Assembly (NCBI GenBank): GCA_950097015.1
Contig: CATNEN010000038.1
Span: 14,012,001-14,076,000 of the forward strand
Source of the DNA: Macrostomum hystrix
Lineage: Eukaryota; Animalia; Platyhelminthes
Direction of reading: 5' to 3'
Length of the DNA stretch: 64,000 nt
Shown here in pieces: positions 1 to 14,445 of the stretch. Below the pieces are notes generated by a model that was not told the DNA's origin, did not search any database, and saw nothing but the letters and a program-made list of their open reading frames with translations. Position 1 is the stretch's first letter. Each line of letters begins with the position of its first letter. A program made the translations under genes and the position numbers.

Positions 1-2994
1 GAGCAGTTGCAGTAGATGCCAACGTTGAACAATCAGCCCGTCAGTTGGGCTCGACATCGGTTCGGCTAGATACAATCATTCGGAAGGCTGTCCTATGCGG
101 GATGCGCTACGGAGCATTGTTGAGAACCGGCAATAGTCTGAGCCAAATATAGCTAAAACAGGGAGCGAGGGGTTGACAATGTTGCTACGGACCTAGCTTT
201 TGTCTTCTCTGAGTCGGGCAGATTTTCTACTCTATCTTTCTTACCTTCTATAAAAAAATTGTCGTTCAAGTACTGTCGACTGAGTGCCCGCTGTCTGTAT
301 GGAGGCCCGCCTGGCGCAAATGTGAAGCGAAGTCACGTCCTACATTTACATGTCTAGCGGACCAATAGCGGCACGCTAGTCTCTTCCCTTCGGCCTCGGC
401 TCCCGTGGGTTGATAATAGAAAATAATAATACGATTGGCAGCTTGGCGCAATATTTTCTGGACTTTTTTCTCAGGATCTTAGGCGGGATGACGGAAGCGG
501 GGGCTTTTGTGTGTCGCAGGGAGAGGCGGGTCGTTGGGATTTCAAGGATTTGTGAGATTATGCGCGCTTGAGCAGCCGGCCTGAGGCAGAGCGGGGCTGT
601 TGGGGGGCTGGGGGTTAGACAGGCCGAATACTCTTGTGGATTTGGGGATCTGAGGAAGGAGGGAAGGAGGGGGAGAAGGCTAGATTCACAATTCTGTCTC
701 TCCGGATCCCGCTTCACCGTACTCAAGGAGGGGAAGAGCGGGTGCCGGGTAAGCGCTGTGAAGGGAGAGCAAAACCAGATATGACCAAATCGGGTCTCCT
801 GACTCTCCGCGTCATTCTCAGCTGCAACAGTAGCAGCTGCTGCTGCAGCGGCAGCTCAAGGATGCGGGCCCCGAGGAGGCTGTGCTTCCCTGCCGCCCCT
901 CCTCCCTCCCCTCATACTGCAATGCTTGACGATTGAGTGAAGGTGAAGGAGGCGGTGGTTGATCTCGCGTTAACTATCGTTATTGCTATCCTTCATATAT
1001 TATAATGCCTTATGCTGTATATTCAGGTCTATACCTATATAGTAAGATTTTTAATTACAGGAGCAGCAGAGCAGCTCGCGATAATTGGATTGTGATTTAT
1101 TTTCTCTTCAGAAGAGAGTCACTCGTTCGCCGTAACCCTCATGAGATGTCTTTCGACTGCCTCCGTTCAGTTAACAGCCTCTTTTTTACGTTACTTCCGT
1201 TACCTTTGCTGTCTCGAATAAATCCGTTACTTTTGCTGTCTCTATTATTTACGTTACTTGTACTCGATTCGCTACTTTTGTACTAATGCTGTCTATGCTA
1301 CTTGAAAATGGTGCACTCGCACTGTTATGACCATGCTTCCGTTACGTTAACTGCATCGAATACTTTCGCTAATCTCATTCCGCTTATTCGTTACTTTTAA
1401 TATTTTCGATAATTCGTTACTTTTGCTATCTCTGCTACTAATGCTATTTTTAGTGTATTCCCGCTGTCAAGACTATATCTAAGTTAATTTTGCCGTGTGC
1501 CAGGACTACAGGACGAATACTTCGGTCACTTTGGGGACTTATCTACTTACGTTACGCTAGCAGTCTCCGCTGATTCGTTTAATTCAGCAATATTTTGCTT
1601 TCTTGCCATTTCATGCGCAACTTTTGCTCCGTTAATTTTTGTTCTAAAAATAGTCCTAAGAATGTGTTATGCTATGGTTTACAGTTTCTTATAACAATGC
1701 ACTTCGCCAAAAAACCAATACTAAAAATATTTAGGAGTATTACTTTCCCTTAATCATAGACCTAGGGCATAATTCACTTTTTATTATCATAAAGTATCCG
1801 CTCTTATTATGATTTTCTATCGAATCCATTCTGGCGCTAATTCAAAATATAAAATTCAAACAAATTTAGTGCGCTCAGAAAATGAAATTATAGCTGAAAG
1901 CAAAGGCCGGTAATGTATTAGATGCAGAGCCGAAATGGAAGCTATGAAAATTCGAACTGAAAGCTTTGTCCTTCGGGGTTTGGTATAATTGAATTTGTTC
2001 ACTCAGCCTTCAAGCAGTTTCTGGACGGAAACATAGGAATTACGGAACTGGCTGCGATAATGAATGAAACGCACCCAGCAATTTGTTAAACCAACAAAAA
2101 TGATTTCAACAAATAAGCTTAATGAAAACAAACAAACACAATGTAAGAAAAACAATAAAACCGCGAGGACCAAGACTAGAAATGCGAAGATGCGGCAATT
2201 TTTACGGTATAGCGTAAGTGGAAAAATAACAGGGCAATTATTTAAAGTAACATCTTGAAATAGAGAGTAGACAAAAAATAGGTAAGTTAGTAATAATAAT
2301 AGCTAGTAGGGACACTTATAGACAGATTAAGGAGAATTACAGGTAATTTATATGAACCGTACAAAATAAAGTTAATAAGCAGTATAGAGCCAATGAGACT
2401 ACGAACACAAATGGGCCGAGTCTAAGAATATTATTTGTCTGGCGAGACTTGGACGCGACAGACAAGTTGAAACATTAGCTGAGGCTCGCATTGCTTTACG
2501 GTGTTTACTTATTAAAAGTGCATCTGTTCAGACAGTACAGATTAGGAAATGAAACATTTACATTGAGCCATTCGACAGAGCCTGGCGGATATATCACTTG
2601 TGACAGGCGTTACGCCAGTTTATCGTACAAAAGTCAATAAAAATCGTATCTCTTTATTTTTGTTTTTTTTCTGCACAAAATTTTTTGCCTCCCTGTTGAT
2701 TCCCTCGCTTCAATGCATAAATTTAAATTCGCGCCAAACTATTAAGATGTTATTCATGGTCTGTATTTAAAATGCAAGTCTCCGTAGTCTGCGTGAATTT
2801 TAACCCCTTTTGGCTAAAAGCTAAAACTAAAAGCGAAAATTTAGAATCTTGTATCGCATGGATACTAGAGTTTTCCGGTGTTCAGTTTGTGCTTAATTTG
2901 TTGGCTCATATTCGACATTAAAAAGTCGGCTCTTTAGGATAAAGATTTTAAAAGCGCGCATTTTACATAGAACCGCTCACTGTACAAGGTAGGG

Positions 2995-5941
2995 CTACCA
3001 GCGAATTTCTGCCGTCTCTGCCGGCTTCCTTCGACGCGACTTGCTGCCGAGCATCTCGCGAACCCACTGGCTCCAGGGCACAATGATCTGCTTTGGTGGT
3101 ACCAGAATTCTCTGATAGCGATCCGGGTCCCGCGGGTACCAGATCAGAGACTGCGCTGCGTTGCAATGCGGTGCCTTGGTGGACTCCTCAGGAAGATGGG
3201 CTTCGTCAGGCTCTGACACCTGCATGGGCGATTAACAGGCTTATCAACTGGGAATCTAGAAGTGGGATCTTGGTTCTTGGAAGTGGGATCTTTGTTTACA
3301 GATTAGGGATATTAGTAATTAGAAGTGGAATCATGAGCTGCAGAAGTTGCGTCTTTGTTTGTAGATGTTAGATCTTTGTCTGTTGAGGGGGATATTTATT
3401 TGTAGATTTGGGGTATTTGGTATATAGAGGTGGGATATCTGCCTGTAGAAGTGGGATCTTCGTCGGTAGAAATTCAATCTTTGTTGGATCATGTGGGATC
3501 ATGTTCTGCTGAAGTAGACGTGGGATCTTGGTACTTAGATGTGGGATATTGGTTTGTAGATGTGGGATATTGGTTTGTAGATGTGGGATATTGGTTTGTA
3601 GATGTGGGATATTGGTTTGTAGATGTGGGATATTGGTTTGTAGATGTGGGATATTGGTTTGTAGATGTGGGATATTAGTTTGTAGATGTGGGATCTTGGT
3701 TTGTAGATGTGGGATATTGGTTCGTAGATATGGGATCTTGGTTTTTAGATGTGGGATATTGGTTTGTAGATGTGGGATATTGGTTTGTAGATGTGGGATC
3801 TTGGTTTGTAGATGTGGGATATTGGTACTTAGATGTGGGATCTTGGTTCTTAGATGTGGGATATTGGTTTGTAGATGTGGGATATTGGTTTGTAGATGTG
3901 GGATATTGGTTTGTAGATGTGGGATCTTGGTTCTTAGATGTGGGATATTGGTACTTAGATGTGGGATCTTGGTTCTTAGATTTGGGATATTGGTTTGTAG
4001 ATGTGGGATATTGGTTTGTAGATGTGGGATCTTGGTTCTTAGATGTGGGATATTGGTACTTAGATGTGGGATCTTGGTTCTTAGATTTGGGATATTGGTT
4101 TGCAGATGTGGGATCTTAGTACTTAGAGGTGGGATATTGGTTTGTAGATGTGGGATATCGGTTCGTAGATGTGGGATCTTGGTACTTACGAGTAAATTTG
4201 GGATATTGGTTTGTAGATGTGGGATATTGGTTCGTAGACATGGGATCTTGGTTCTTAGATGTGGGATATTGGTTTGTAGATGTGGGATCTTGGTTTGTAG
4301 ATGTGGGATATTGGTACTTAGATGTGGGATCTTGGTTCTTAGATTTGGGATATTGGTTTGTAGATGTGGGATCTTGGTTTGTAGATGTGGGATATTGGTT
4401 TGTAGATTTGGGATCTTGGTTTGTAGATGTGGGATATTGGTACTTAGATGTGGGATCTTGGTTCTTAGATTTGGGATATTGGTTTGTAGATGTGGGATCT
4501 TGGTTTGCAGATGTGGGATCTTAGTACTTAGAGGTGGGATATTGGTTTGTAGATGTGGGATCTTGGTTCGTAGATGTGGGATCTTGGTACTTACGAGTAG
4601 ATTTGGGATATTGGTTTGTAGATGTGGGATATTGGTTCGTAGACATGGGATCTTGGTTCTTAGATGTGGGATATTGGTTTGTAGATTTGGGATCTTGGTT
4701 TGTAGATGTGGGATATTGGTACTTAGATGTGGGATCTTGGTTCTTAGATTTGGGATATTGGTTTGTAGATGTAGGATCTTGGTTTGTAGATGTGGGATAT
4801 TGGTTTGTAGATTTGGGATCTTGGTTTGTAGATGTGGGATATTGGTACTTAGATGTGGGATCTTGGTTCTTAGATTTGGGATATTGGTTTGTAGATGTGG
4901 GATCTTGGTTTGCAGATGTGGGATCTTAGTACTTAGAGGTGGGATATTGGTTTGTAGATGTGGGATCTTGGTTCGTAGATGTAGGATCTTGGTACTTAGA
5001 TTTGGGATCTTGGTTTGTAGATGTGGGATCTTGATCTTGCCGGCCTGTAGAAGCGAGACCTTTGTCTCAAGTTTAGGAATACGATTGACTGTGGGATATC
5101 AGAAAGGGGACTGTAGGATAAAAGGACTAAGAATGGGTGAAGAGAATCATCTTTTTATGACATTTACTACTGTAGGGAGGCATTAAAATCATAGAGCTCA
5201 TTAGTATTTAAGCACTGCTCCTGTTGATACTCCTGTTGAGTATTTCTAAGAAGCAGCCAGTTCAGGCGAACCCACCTGTGGAGGCTCAGACTGGTACTCG
5301 GTGAACCAGCGCACTCTCTCGCCAACAGGCAGGTGTGAGTCAATCTTCATGCGCAGATTGTAATCCCAGCGAATTTTTTTCAGCACGTGGACGTCGTCGG
5401 CTGGTGACTGGGCCTCTGTAAGTACGCCTCGACGTCTGTGCCGCACGGCCACCAGCCAGATGAGGAACTGCTGCTGCCTGTGGATGTCAGTCAGTCGGAC
5501 CCGGCCCGAGTAAGGCAGCTCCCAGACCACGCTCGGATGAAAATAATCCTTGATCTGCAACTCCTTGTTGGTCTTCCAGTGGTGCCCCGCGCGGAATGTG
5601 TGCACGCTCTGTGTCACGGAGTAGAACGGGTACATCCGTCCGTCCGAGTCGTTCATGAGCTGCCGCCGGCCGCTCTTCAGCGGATGAAACTCCCAGTAGG
5701 AGCTGCCCCGCTGCTCATAGTCATTCTCCAGGTACATGTAGTTGCAGGCCTGAACCAGGCCGATGCTCCAGTCGCGGTCCGCCACGCAGGTCGGAATCTC
5801 GATGCTGACCTTGCAGTAGAATGTCTGCGTTCGATAGTACAGCATGTTCTCCGTCTCCTCTATCAGGGTCTTGGAGTTTTTGTCGTAATAGGCGCGCACG
5901 CATTTCACGTTGATGTTGTCTACTGTGAGTTTGCCTGTCAT
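2995..5941 (-). CDS. FAM78: FAM78-family protein, 2 exons (5941-5276, 3219-2995), ~296 aa
   Basis: Motifs resemble FAM78A/B as I recall them: YRTQTF, WSIGLVQAC, SSYWE, NDSDG..YPFY, DYFHPSVVW, QQFLIWLV, and exon 2 APHCNAAQSLIWYP..LVPPK. Phase-0 intron CAG|GTGGGT (5275) to CAG|GTG (3220). Confidence 0.85.
3520..5030. repeat. 21-bp minisatellite (TGTAGATGTGGGATATTGGTT) in FAM78 intron, with 405-bp higher-order duplication
   Basis: Direct tandem periodicity; variant TACTTACGAGTA recurs at ~4183 and ~4588. Confidence 0.97.
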
Positions 5942-7331
5942 CTATTGGCTAGCGGCTAGCAGCATTAATTGACTAGTTAATTAGTTAATCGACTGATTAA
6001 TAGCTGCACCTAGGGGGTCCCTCTCCACTCGCTCCGAGCAGTGTCCGGAGAGGGGCGACAATCGCGAATTGCCGAGGGGAGTCAGTAAGGAGAAGGACAG
6101 AGAAAGATTTAGGCCTAATGTGCCTGCTAATGAGTGCGACAAGCTCTGAGCGCTTGTTACTACGTCAAATAAACAGCAGCTCGAGCTACCCTGCCTTTGA
6201 CCATAGACATAACGATCATCTGACGGCAGCTATTTGAGGATGGCTTGCCCATGCTGAAGCTTTATCGAATAAAATATTTTGACTGGGCATAAAAAAACTG
6301 CCTACTTAAAGTAGCGGGTCTGATTAACTATCAAATGTAGAAACCTTTTCATAATCTTGAACTATAAAATCTATCTTTAATTACTTTAGCTCGTGGTATA
6401 ATACGACAACACTTAATCTTCTGGGTAAAATGTGAAGGTCATGGTCGCTTATGCAAAATAAAGTCGATAAAACCACAGATACTACAAGTAAATATCCTAG
6501 ATATGTCACTCTTTCATGCTCGCTCAAACTACTTTCTGGGAAGTAGTATAAAAGAATATTAAAATATTTCTTTATTCAATCAAGTAAGATGGACAAAAGA
6601 TACATTTAAACTGTCAAATGAACTTAAATATGTTGAAATATGCAGCAAACGGGCACATAAAGCACGTGTATTTATTAATTTATTGGAGTTCCAGAAGAAT
6701 GCTAAAGTTCTTCCGTACAAATCAAACTGTCATTTTACTTTTTGCGCAATACTTTAGCTTGTCGTCCATTAACAGTTATAACAAAGATTAACAGTCGCTA
6801 ACAGTTAGTCGTAAACAGAGCTGATACTACGCATTTGCAATAATTTGCATAAATTCGCAAGTAATTTATGCATCAACTACTGCCCAGAGAGTAGGCAACA
6901 AGAATTTTACATGGGGGAAGATCGTGAGTGACATATCTATTGTATTTAGTATCTGTGGATAAAACATGCGAAGGTTATGTTTATTTTAACTTGCCATTTT
7001 CCGTTCAAACTCTCAGATTGCGAGCTGCGACAGCAGGAAATCGCATAGTAATTGCAACATGCAAGAATTTAAGCAATTTTGCATTGCAAAGCCACTAGCC
7101 ACTAAGTCTTTCCTGTATGCTTTGCATTTCTGGCACTGTACTTTAAAATGTATTGCGATATATAGCAGTTATATGTATGCAAATGCATTGCTGCACATGC
7201 TTTAGTAAATAATCTTTTAAATTTAAACAGGCAAAAACCTAGTTAGCTAGATATTCTAAGAATCGGGTCATACGGGACCGAGCACTGAGCAGCATTTCAT
7301 TTCCCCTTAATTTCATGTTCATCACATAATT

Positions 7332-8005
7332 CACAACCTCAAACTTCGCAACCTCAAACTCGACAATCCCCCAAACTTCACAACCCCCAAACTCCACAAC
7401 CCCCAACCTTCACAACATCAAACTTCACAACCCCCAAACTCCACAACCCCCCAAACTTCACAACCTCAAACTTCACAACCCCCAAACTCCACAACCCTCA
7501 AACTTCACAACCCCCAACCTTCACAACATCAAACTTCACAACCCCCAAACTCCACAACCCCCAAACTTCACAACCCCCCAAACTTCACAACCCCCAAACT
7601 TCACAACCCCCAAACTCCACAACCCCCAAACTTCACAACCTCAAACTTCACAACCCCCAAACTCCACAACCCCCAAACTTCACAACCTCAAACTCCACAA
7701 CCCCCAAGCTTCACAACCTCAAACTTCACAACCCCCAAACTCCACAACCCCCAAACTTCACAACCTCAAACTCCACAACCCCCAAGCTTCACAACCTCAA
7801 ACTTCACCACCTCAAACTTCACAACCTCAAACTTCACAACCTCAAACTTCACAACCTCAAACTTCACAACCTCAAACTCCACAACCCCCAAACTTCACCA
7901 CCTCAAACTTCACCACCTCAAACTTCACAACCTCAAACTTCACCACCTCAAACTTCACCACCTCAAACTTCACAACCTCAAACTTCACCACCTCAAACTC
8001 CACAG
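7332..8005. repeat. 15-16-bp minisatellite (AAACTTCACAACCTC/CCCC)
   Basis: Tandem periodicity. Confidence 0.95.
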
Positions 8006-8261
8006 CCCCTAACCCACAAAACTCACAAGCTTGACAAGTTTCGAACTGCATATTATGCGATAGGTTAGCTTTTCTGTTATCTCTGTATTTTGTCGCACCA
8101 TTAAATACTTCATAGTACTGAACTTTCGCTTCCCAAATTATGTGCACCATAGTTTCAAAGTTTGCCAGCACTGTGGCAACCTTTTAACTTCATTTCCACT
8201 AACTCTGGCAAGAGCCTTCAAATCTCCTAATTTTCAGTATTTATCTTAAAAAATAATAGTT

Positions 8262-8420
8262 CTTTGCACCTGACTTAGTTAGCCCAGATCTGCTACGCAG
8301 CCGCAGCTGTTTAATTGTGCATCTGAGGGCTGCGTACGGCTGTTCTGTCCATGGATTCTGTTCTGTCACCTCAATTACCCTAGGTGAAGCTGGAACCCAT
8401 TTAACAGCTGGGAGAACTAA
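8262..8420 (-). mobile_element. Degenerate copy of a dispersed SINE-like repeat
   Basis: Shares GCATCTGA(A/G)GGCTGCGTAC.GCTGTTC.GTCCA.GGA and CAATTA.CC..G.TGA.GCTGG with the copy at 35732-35885; also related to 62666-62905. Confidence 0.55.
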
Positions 8421-10272
8421 ATTGCAAAACTAGCTCCAGTAGAGTCGGAATTAAATCAAAACAGAAATCGAGCTATCTCAGTAACTGAAGCATGAACTCT
8501 TAAAAGTACATGAAAGGCTATTGGAAGACAGGTTTAGCATATACGGCGAATTCGTTTAACAATAGGTCCGTCAGTTTATTCAAAGCAGCAACTTGACGAG
8601 AGTCGTGTAGGTAATTTGGAATCAGCCGTTGCAATCAGAATGCTGCACTTGCCAGCCTGGCTTGCGAAAACCAAGTAGATTTTTTATTTTGCATGAAGCT
8701 ACACAAGTTGCACACCTTTGCGCAGCTTTTACAAGTTACATCCCTAATTTTCAGATTTATTGACAGTTATTTAAGCGAGCACTTTCATATTTTCATATTA
8801 TAATTATAGTGGAAACTTGTCATCAGTAATCTACATAATCCAACAATTTTCTAATTCTAGGAATCCGAAAAGCAAGACTCTAAGATTATGCTTGATTCGG
8901 AAAATAATTGCTCGAGTCAAAAGTGAAAAATAGATAGAATAGAAAGAAGTCCAATAGAAAATGCTGGCACAGAATCACAGAATCACAGAATCACAGAATC
9001 ACACCCGGAGTTTGAGTGGACCCGCGACCCGGGCATTTTAAGGCCACGCGCTTAGCTAGAGGTAATTTATTCTAGGGTCGCGAATTCGCAATCGGGGCTT
9101 CCTTGGCCCAGGGCGGCCCGGTTTCGTGGGTAAAGCCAATGTACATATATAAGGAGTGTACATTCAATTGTACACTATTTTTCGACCCCTACAAAGACAA
9201 AGAGACGAGGCACTGTCCTGATAAGGAATCAAAGGACAAGCAGAGGTCAAACAGCATAACTTCACACGCAAGCAATTAAAGCAATCATAAAACCAGCCCG
9301 AGCCTGTTTTGTTTATTTATAGTTTTCTCTAAACTGTACTTACTTGGAGGACAATTAAAGGAACAAATAACCCATTAACTTGACGTTGATAGATTGCAAT
9401 TGTGTATATTTTTAGTTCGTATTCAAAGAGGTGAACTGAAAAATTGTCACTCACTGTCACGTGATATCTCCGTATGTTGGACTGAAATAAGAAGCGGGCC
9501 CGTGAACCCTAACCCGGCGCCCACCCCACTCCGCTCCCGGACCCTGGACAGGGCCTCAGTTTAAAGCTAAGAAAATTATTAGAAAGACCCCGTTCTGCCG
9601 CTTAGGCAGTGCGGCTCGCGTCACAATCGGTGTTGGTGCCGAGCTATGGGCCTGGTATGTGCGATAATAGCATGAAATTCAATTGGCATTAGCAATAGCG
9701 AATCTTTTTAATAAGCTCTGACGTTATCTTATCCAATACCGCAAGCCTGTTGTCTTAGAGATCTGAGACCACTGAGAAAGTCGTCAGCAAAGCAAACGAA
9801 TTGTCGGACGAAACCAGTTTGAAGAACCGGTCGAAACGTGTTTCCTACGTTTGCGAAATCCTTCAAGATTGACCAGTTAGCCAACAGCTTTTATACACCA
9901 GTTTGTCCCTATCGGCATATCGCTAATCTATTTTCTTCTCATTCGGCCGGCCGTTTAGGCGAGGCAAGTGGAATTTTCTCAATTTTGTTTGTTTGAACTT
10001 TTGGACCCTATGCAAGCCGAAGCAGCAAAACCGGAGCAGCTGGGGTGGGTGGGTCCCCTCAGCCGCTTTGCTGCTATAAAAAGTGCCCCATATTTGTCAA
10101 CCTGCCCAAGTCTTTAGCTTGGAAATTTCCACGTAGACAATCGGAAAAATTTTCCCGCAACAAGTAGTCCGTAGTGAAAGGAATTTTTGTTGCAATCTGA
10201 TCAGTTCAGAAGGTGGCTTCGATACGATCAACAGAAACTTTCCACTCTGAAATCACTGTCAGACTGGTAGAC

Positions 10273-13200
10273 ATGCCGAGCAACTCATCGCCTACTGCTG
10301 AGAACAGCCAGCACGAAATTAACGCACTGGTGGCCGTCAAATGGATTAACTATCACCAGATCGAGGATAATCACGATGGTAAGGCCTTTACTAGGCTTTA
10401 CTACACTATCGTAATAGTGTATAAATCTGGGCAAAACTCAACCCTGTACCCTCAGTGGCCTTGTCGAGACCCAAACCAGTACCTTCAGTGGCCAAGGCGG
10501 TGGCCCAGTACCTTCAGTAGCCGAGGCAAGACCCAACCCAGTACCTTCGGTAGAAGAGCCAACCCAGTACCTTCAGTAGAAGAGCCAACCCAGTACCTTC
10601 AGTAGAAGAGCCAACCCAGTACCTTCAGTAGAAGACCCAACCCAGTACCTTCAGTAGAAGAGCCAACCCAGTACCTTCAGTAGAAGAGCCAACCCAGTAC
10701 CTTCAGTAGAAGACCCAACCCAGTACCTTCAGTAGAATACCCAATCCAGTACCTTCAGTAGAAGACCCAACCCAGTACCTTCAGTAGAAGAGCCAACCCA
10801 GTACCTTCAGTAGAAGAGCCAACCCAGTACCTTCGGTAGAAGAGCCAACCCAGTACCTTCAGTAGAAGAGCCAACCCAGTACCTTCAGTAGAAGAGCCAA
10901 CCCAGTACCTTCAGTAGAGGACCCAACCCAGTACCTTCAGTAGAAGACCCAACCCAGTACCTTCAGTAGAAGACCCAACCCAGTACCTTCAGTAGAAGAG
11001 CCAACCCAGTACCTTCAGTAGAAGAGCCAACCCAGTACCTTCAGTAGAAGACCCAACCCAGTACCTTCAGTAGAAGACCCAACCCAGTACCTTCAGTAGA
11101 AGACCCAACCCAGTACATTCAGTAGAAGACCCAACCCAGTACCTTCAGTAGAAGACCCAACCCAGTACCTTCAGTAGAAGACCCAACCTTCAGTAGAAGA
11201 GCCAACCCAGTACCCAGTACCTTCAGTAGAAGAGCCAACCCAGTACCTTCAGTAGAAGAGCCAACCCAGTACCTTCAGTAGAAGACCCAACCCAGTACCT
11301 TCAGTAGAAGACCCAACCCAGTACCTTCAGTAGAAGACCCAACCCAGTACCTTCAGTAGAAGACCCAACCCAGTACCTTCAGTAGAAGAGCCAACCCAGT
11401 ACCTTCAGTAGAAGACCCAACCCAGTACCTTCACTGGCCGTGGCATGCCACAGTTCAGCGAATCCACCGACGAATAAAATGCCTCATTCAACCGACAGAC
11501 AGCAAGATTCTAGTGTGCGGCAGTGGCAGCCAAATTCGCTGCCTCCTAGAGATGCTGGAGTCAATTGGCGAGGCCAGAACTATCAAGCGAGTCATTTGCG
11601 CTGCTAATCGCGAGGTGACTATTGTGATTCTATTTCTTTTTCTTTATGCCCTCTTTATGAGTCCTTCTTAACCCCATCTGGATCCTTCGTAATCCCATCT
11701 GAATCTTTCGTAATCCCATCTGGATCCTTCTTAATCCCATCTGAATCCTTCGTAATCCCATCTGGATCCTTCTTAATCCCATCTGAATCCTTCGTAATCC
11801 CATCTGAATCCTTCTTAATCCCATCTGGATCTTTCATAATCCCATCTCTATCCTTCTTAATCCCATCTGGATCCTTCGTAATCCCATCTGGATCTTTCGT
11901 AATCACATCTCTATCCTTCTTAATCCCATCTGGATCCTTCGTAATCCCATCTGAATCCTTCTTAATCCCATCTGTATCTTTCATAATCCCATCTCTATCC
12001 TTCTTAATCCCATCTGGATCCTTCGTAATCCCATCTGGATCTTTCGTAATCACATCTCTATCCTTCTTAATCCCATCTGGATCCTTCGTAATCCCATCTG
12101 AATCCTTCTTAATCCCATCTGGATCCTTCGTAATCCCATCTGAATCCTTCTTAATCCCATCTGGATCCTTCGTAATCCCATCTGAATCCTTCTTAATCCC
12201 ATCTGGATCCTTCGTAATCCCATCTGAATCCTTCTTAATCCCATCTGAATCCTTCTTAATCCCATCTGAATCCTTCTTAATCCCATCTGGATCCTTCTTA
12301 ATCCCATCTGAATCCTTCTTAATATGTATAACATAAATAAAGGCAACCTGTAGTAAAGATGTAAAATTTTCAGCTCACCACTCTGACTGAGTCAAAGTTC
12401 TGGACCAATTTCGGCTGCAAAATAGTCTCCTGGCGAGAGGAAGGTAAACAAACAGATTCTCGGATATTTCATAAAGCCATCTGAGTAAACTTTGCTCAAA
12501 GAATTTATGCTTTTTTTAAATTGCCAGAAAGATTTAGATAGCTTCTTGTGAGATTAGATTATTACTGCTTCAATAGGATTATCACTGCTTCAATAGAATT
12601 ATCACTGCTTCAATAGGATTATCACTGCTCCAATAGGATTATCACTGCTTCAATAGGATTATCACTGCTTCAATAGGATTATGACTGCTTCAATAGGATT
12701 ATCACTGCTTCAATAGGATTATGACTGCTTCAATAGGATTATGACTGCTTCAATAGGATTATCACTACTTCAATAGGATTATGACTGCTTCAATAGGATT
12801 ATGACTGCTTCAATAGGATTATCACTGCTTCAATAGGATTATGACTGCTTCAATATGATTAAGACTGCTTCAATAGGATTATCACTGCTTCAATAGGATT
12901 ATGATTGCTTCAATAGGATTATGACTGCTTCAATAGGATTATCACTGCTTCAATAGGATTGTGACTGCTTCAATAGGATTATCACTGCTTCAATAGGATT
13001 ATCACTGCTTCAATAGGATTATGATTGCTTCAATAGGATTATGACTGCTTCAATAGGATTATCACTGCTTCAATAGGATTATGACTGCTTCAATAGGATT
13101 ATCACTGCTTCAATAGGATTATCACTGCTTCAATAGGATTATGACTGCTTCAATAGGATTATCACTGCTTCAATAGGATTGTGACTGCTTCAATAGGATT

Positions 13201-14062
13201 ATCACTGCTTCAATAGGATTATCACTGCTTCAATAGGATTGTGACTGCTTCAATAGGATTATCACTGCTTCAATAGGATTATGACTGCTTCAATAGGATT
13301 ATCACTGCTTCAATAGGATTGTGACTGCTTCAATAGGATTATGACTGCTTCAATAGGATTATCACTGCTTCAATAGGATTGTGACTGCTTCAATAGGATT
13401 GTGACTGCTTCAATAGGATTATCACTGCTTCAATAGGATTGTGACTGCTTCAATAGGATTGTGACTGCTTCAATAGGATTATGACTGCTTCAATCTCTAG
13501 ATTTCTACAACCCCTTTCCACTCTGCTATCCTGGCAGAATACGAGGAGGACATTGTTCGCAGAACACGCCTAGCCGCTAAGCAGAAGCCAATCGCTGCCG
13601 TTCTAGATTTCGAACCGACACTGCGACGCTTGCACCGCCAATTTTACCTGGTTGCCGAGGTGAGAAAAAATATGCAATAACTTTCAAGGCTACGTGTAAA
13701 CAGAATATTTCGATTCGAAAACCTGCTTTTCTCCTGCAAAGCAGATTTATTTTCAACTACACTACTACAAGTAGTCATAATGAGCATTGTTAAAAAACCC
13801 GCGATTCAACCTGACCCCTTGGCAGTGCGGCCGGGTTCTGCTCTACCAGAAGCGTCAGGCCCGCTGGGATGAGATCTGCGCTCCGCTGCTACCGGCGCTG
13901 GCCAATCGCGGCGTACAGGTTGAAAATCTGGAAGACGATTGTCGCTACCTGATGCCAGCTGAGCATCAGCGCGACTGCGATGGGTCCGACGCTTCGTCTA
14001 TTGAAGATCTGGCTTATTCGTCATCAGTGTCTTCCAATGGCGGCCTGGACTGTGACAGATAA
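10273..14062 (+). CDS. 5-exon protein (~231 aa) resembling the isolated NAD(P)-binding domain of a medium-chain dehydrogenase (ADH_zinc_N-like), degenerate
   Basis: Exons 10273-10378, 11454-11614, 12374-12443, 13538-13659, 13826-14062 join in frame with GT-AG (phases 1,0,1,0). Protein includes KILVCGSGSQI, KRVICAA, KIVSWREEEYEEDIVRRTR, AAVLDF and GRVLL, in the order of an MDR Rossmann fold. Gene model is well supported; the family call is weaker. Confidence 0.7.
10535..11432. repeat. 26-bp minisatellite (CCAACCCAGTACCTTCAGTAGAAGAS), intron 1
   Basis: Tandem periodicity. Confidence 0.97.
11668..12322. repeat. 21-bp minisatellite (TAATCCCATCTGRATCCTTCK), intron 2
   Basis: Tandem periodicity. 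Confidence 0.97.
12557..13494. repeat. 20-bp minisatellite (ATSACTGCTTCAATAGGATT), intron 3
   Basis: Tandem periodicity. Confidence 0.97.
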
Positions 14063-14445
14063 AGCAGAGAGCATTAGAAGCATTCTGTTCTGAGCAATAA
14101 CAGGCGGTGCTACTGGACTGAAAATACTGGTTTCATTTCACACATGCTAGCATTTTTTCATTAGCTTGGCACATTTGTACTTTTAATTATGAAAGCCTAT
14201 TAGATTTCTTTGATTCGCTTAACAGTGTACAGTTACTTTAGGTCTAGCACCGAAAATGTACAGTTATTTTCCATGATTTGAAATACTAACAACATGATTT
14301 GATAATAAAGTTCTGTCTATAATATGTAGGCATCTACTTAATGTAAAAAATTCTTACTTTGTCATGAGCATAAAATTTTCTTAAAACACATGTTCGTCTT
14401 CTCGAACAACTTTTTTATCTCTTTGACAGCCTTACAGTTATAACT

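Noticed and set aside
266-1694. Short ORFs and a degenerate CGTTACTT repeat at the window start
   Set aside because: No interpretable protein or element boundaries; possibly the tail of a repeat extending outside the window.
3528-5186. 552-aa Cys/Arg-rich ORF and overlapping VDVGYWF ORFs
   Set aside because: Translations of a 21-bp intronic minisatellite, antisense to FAM78.
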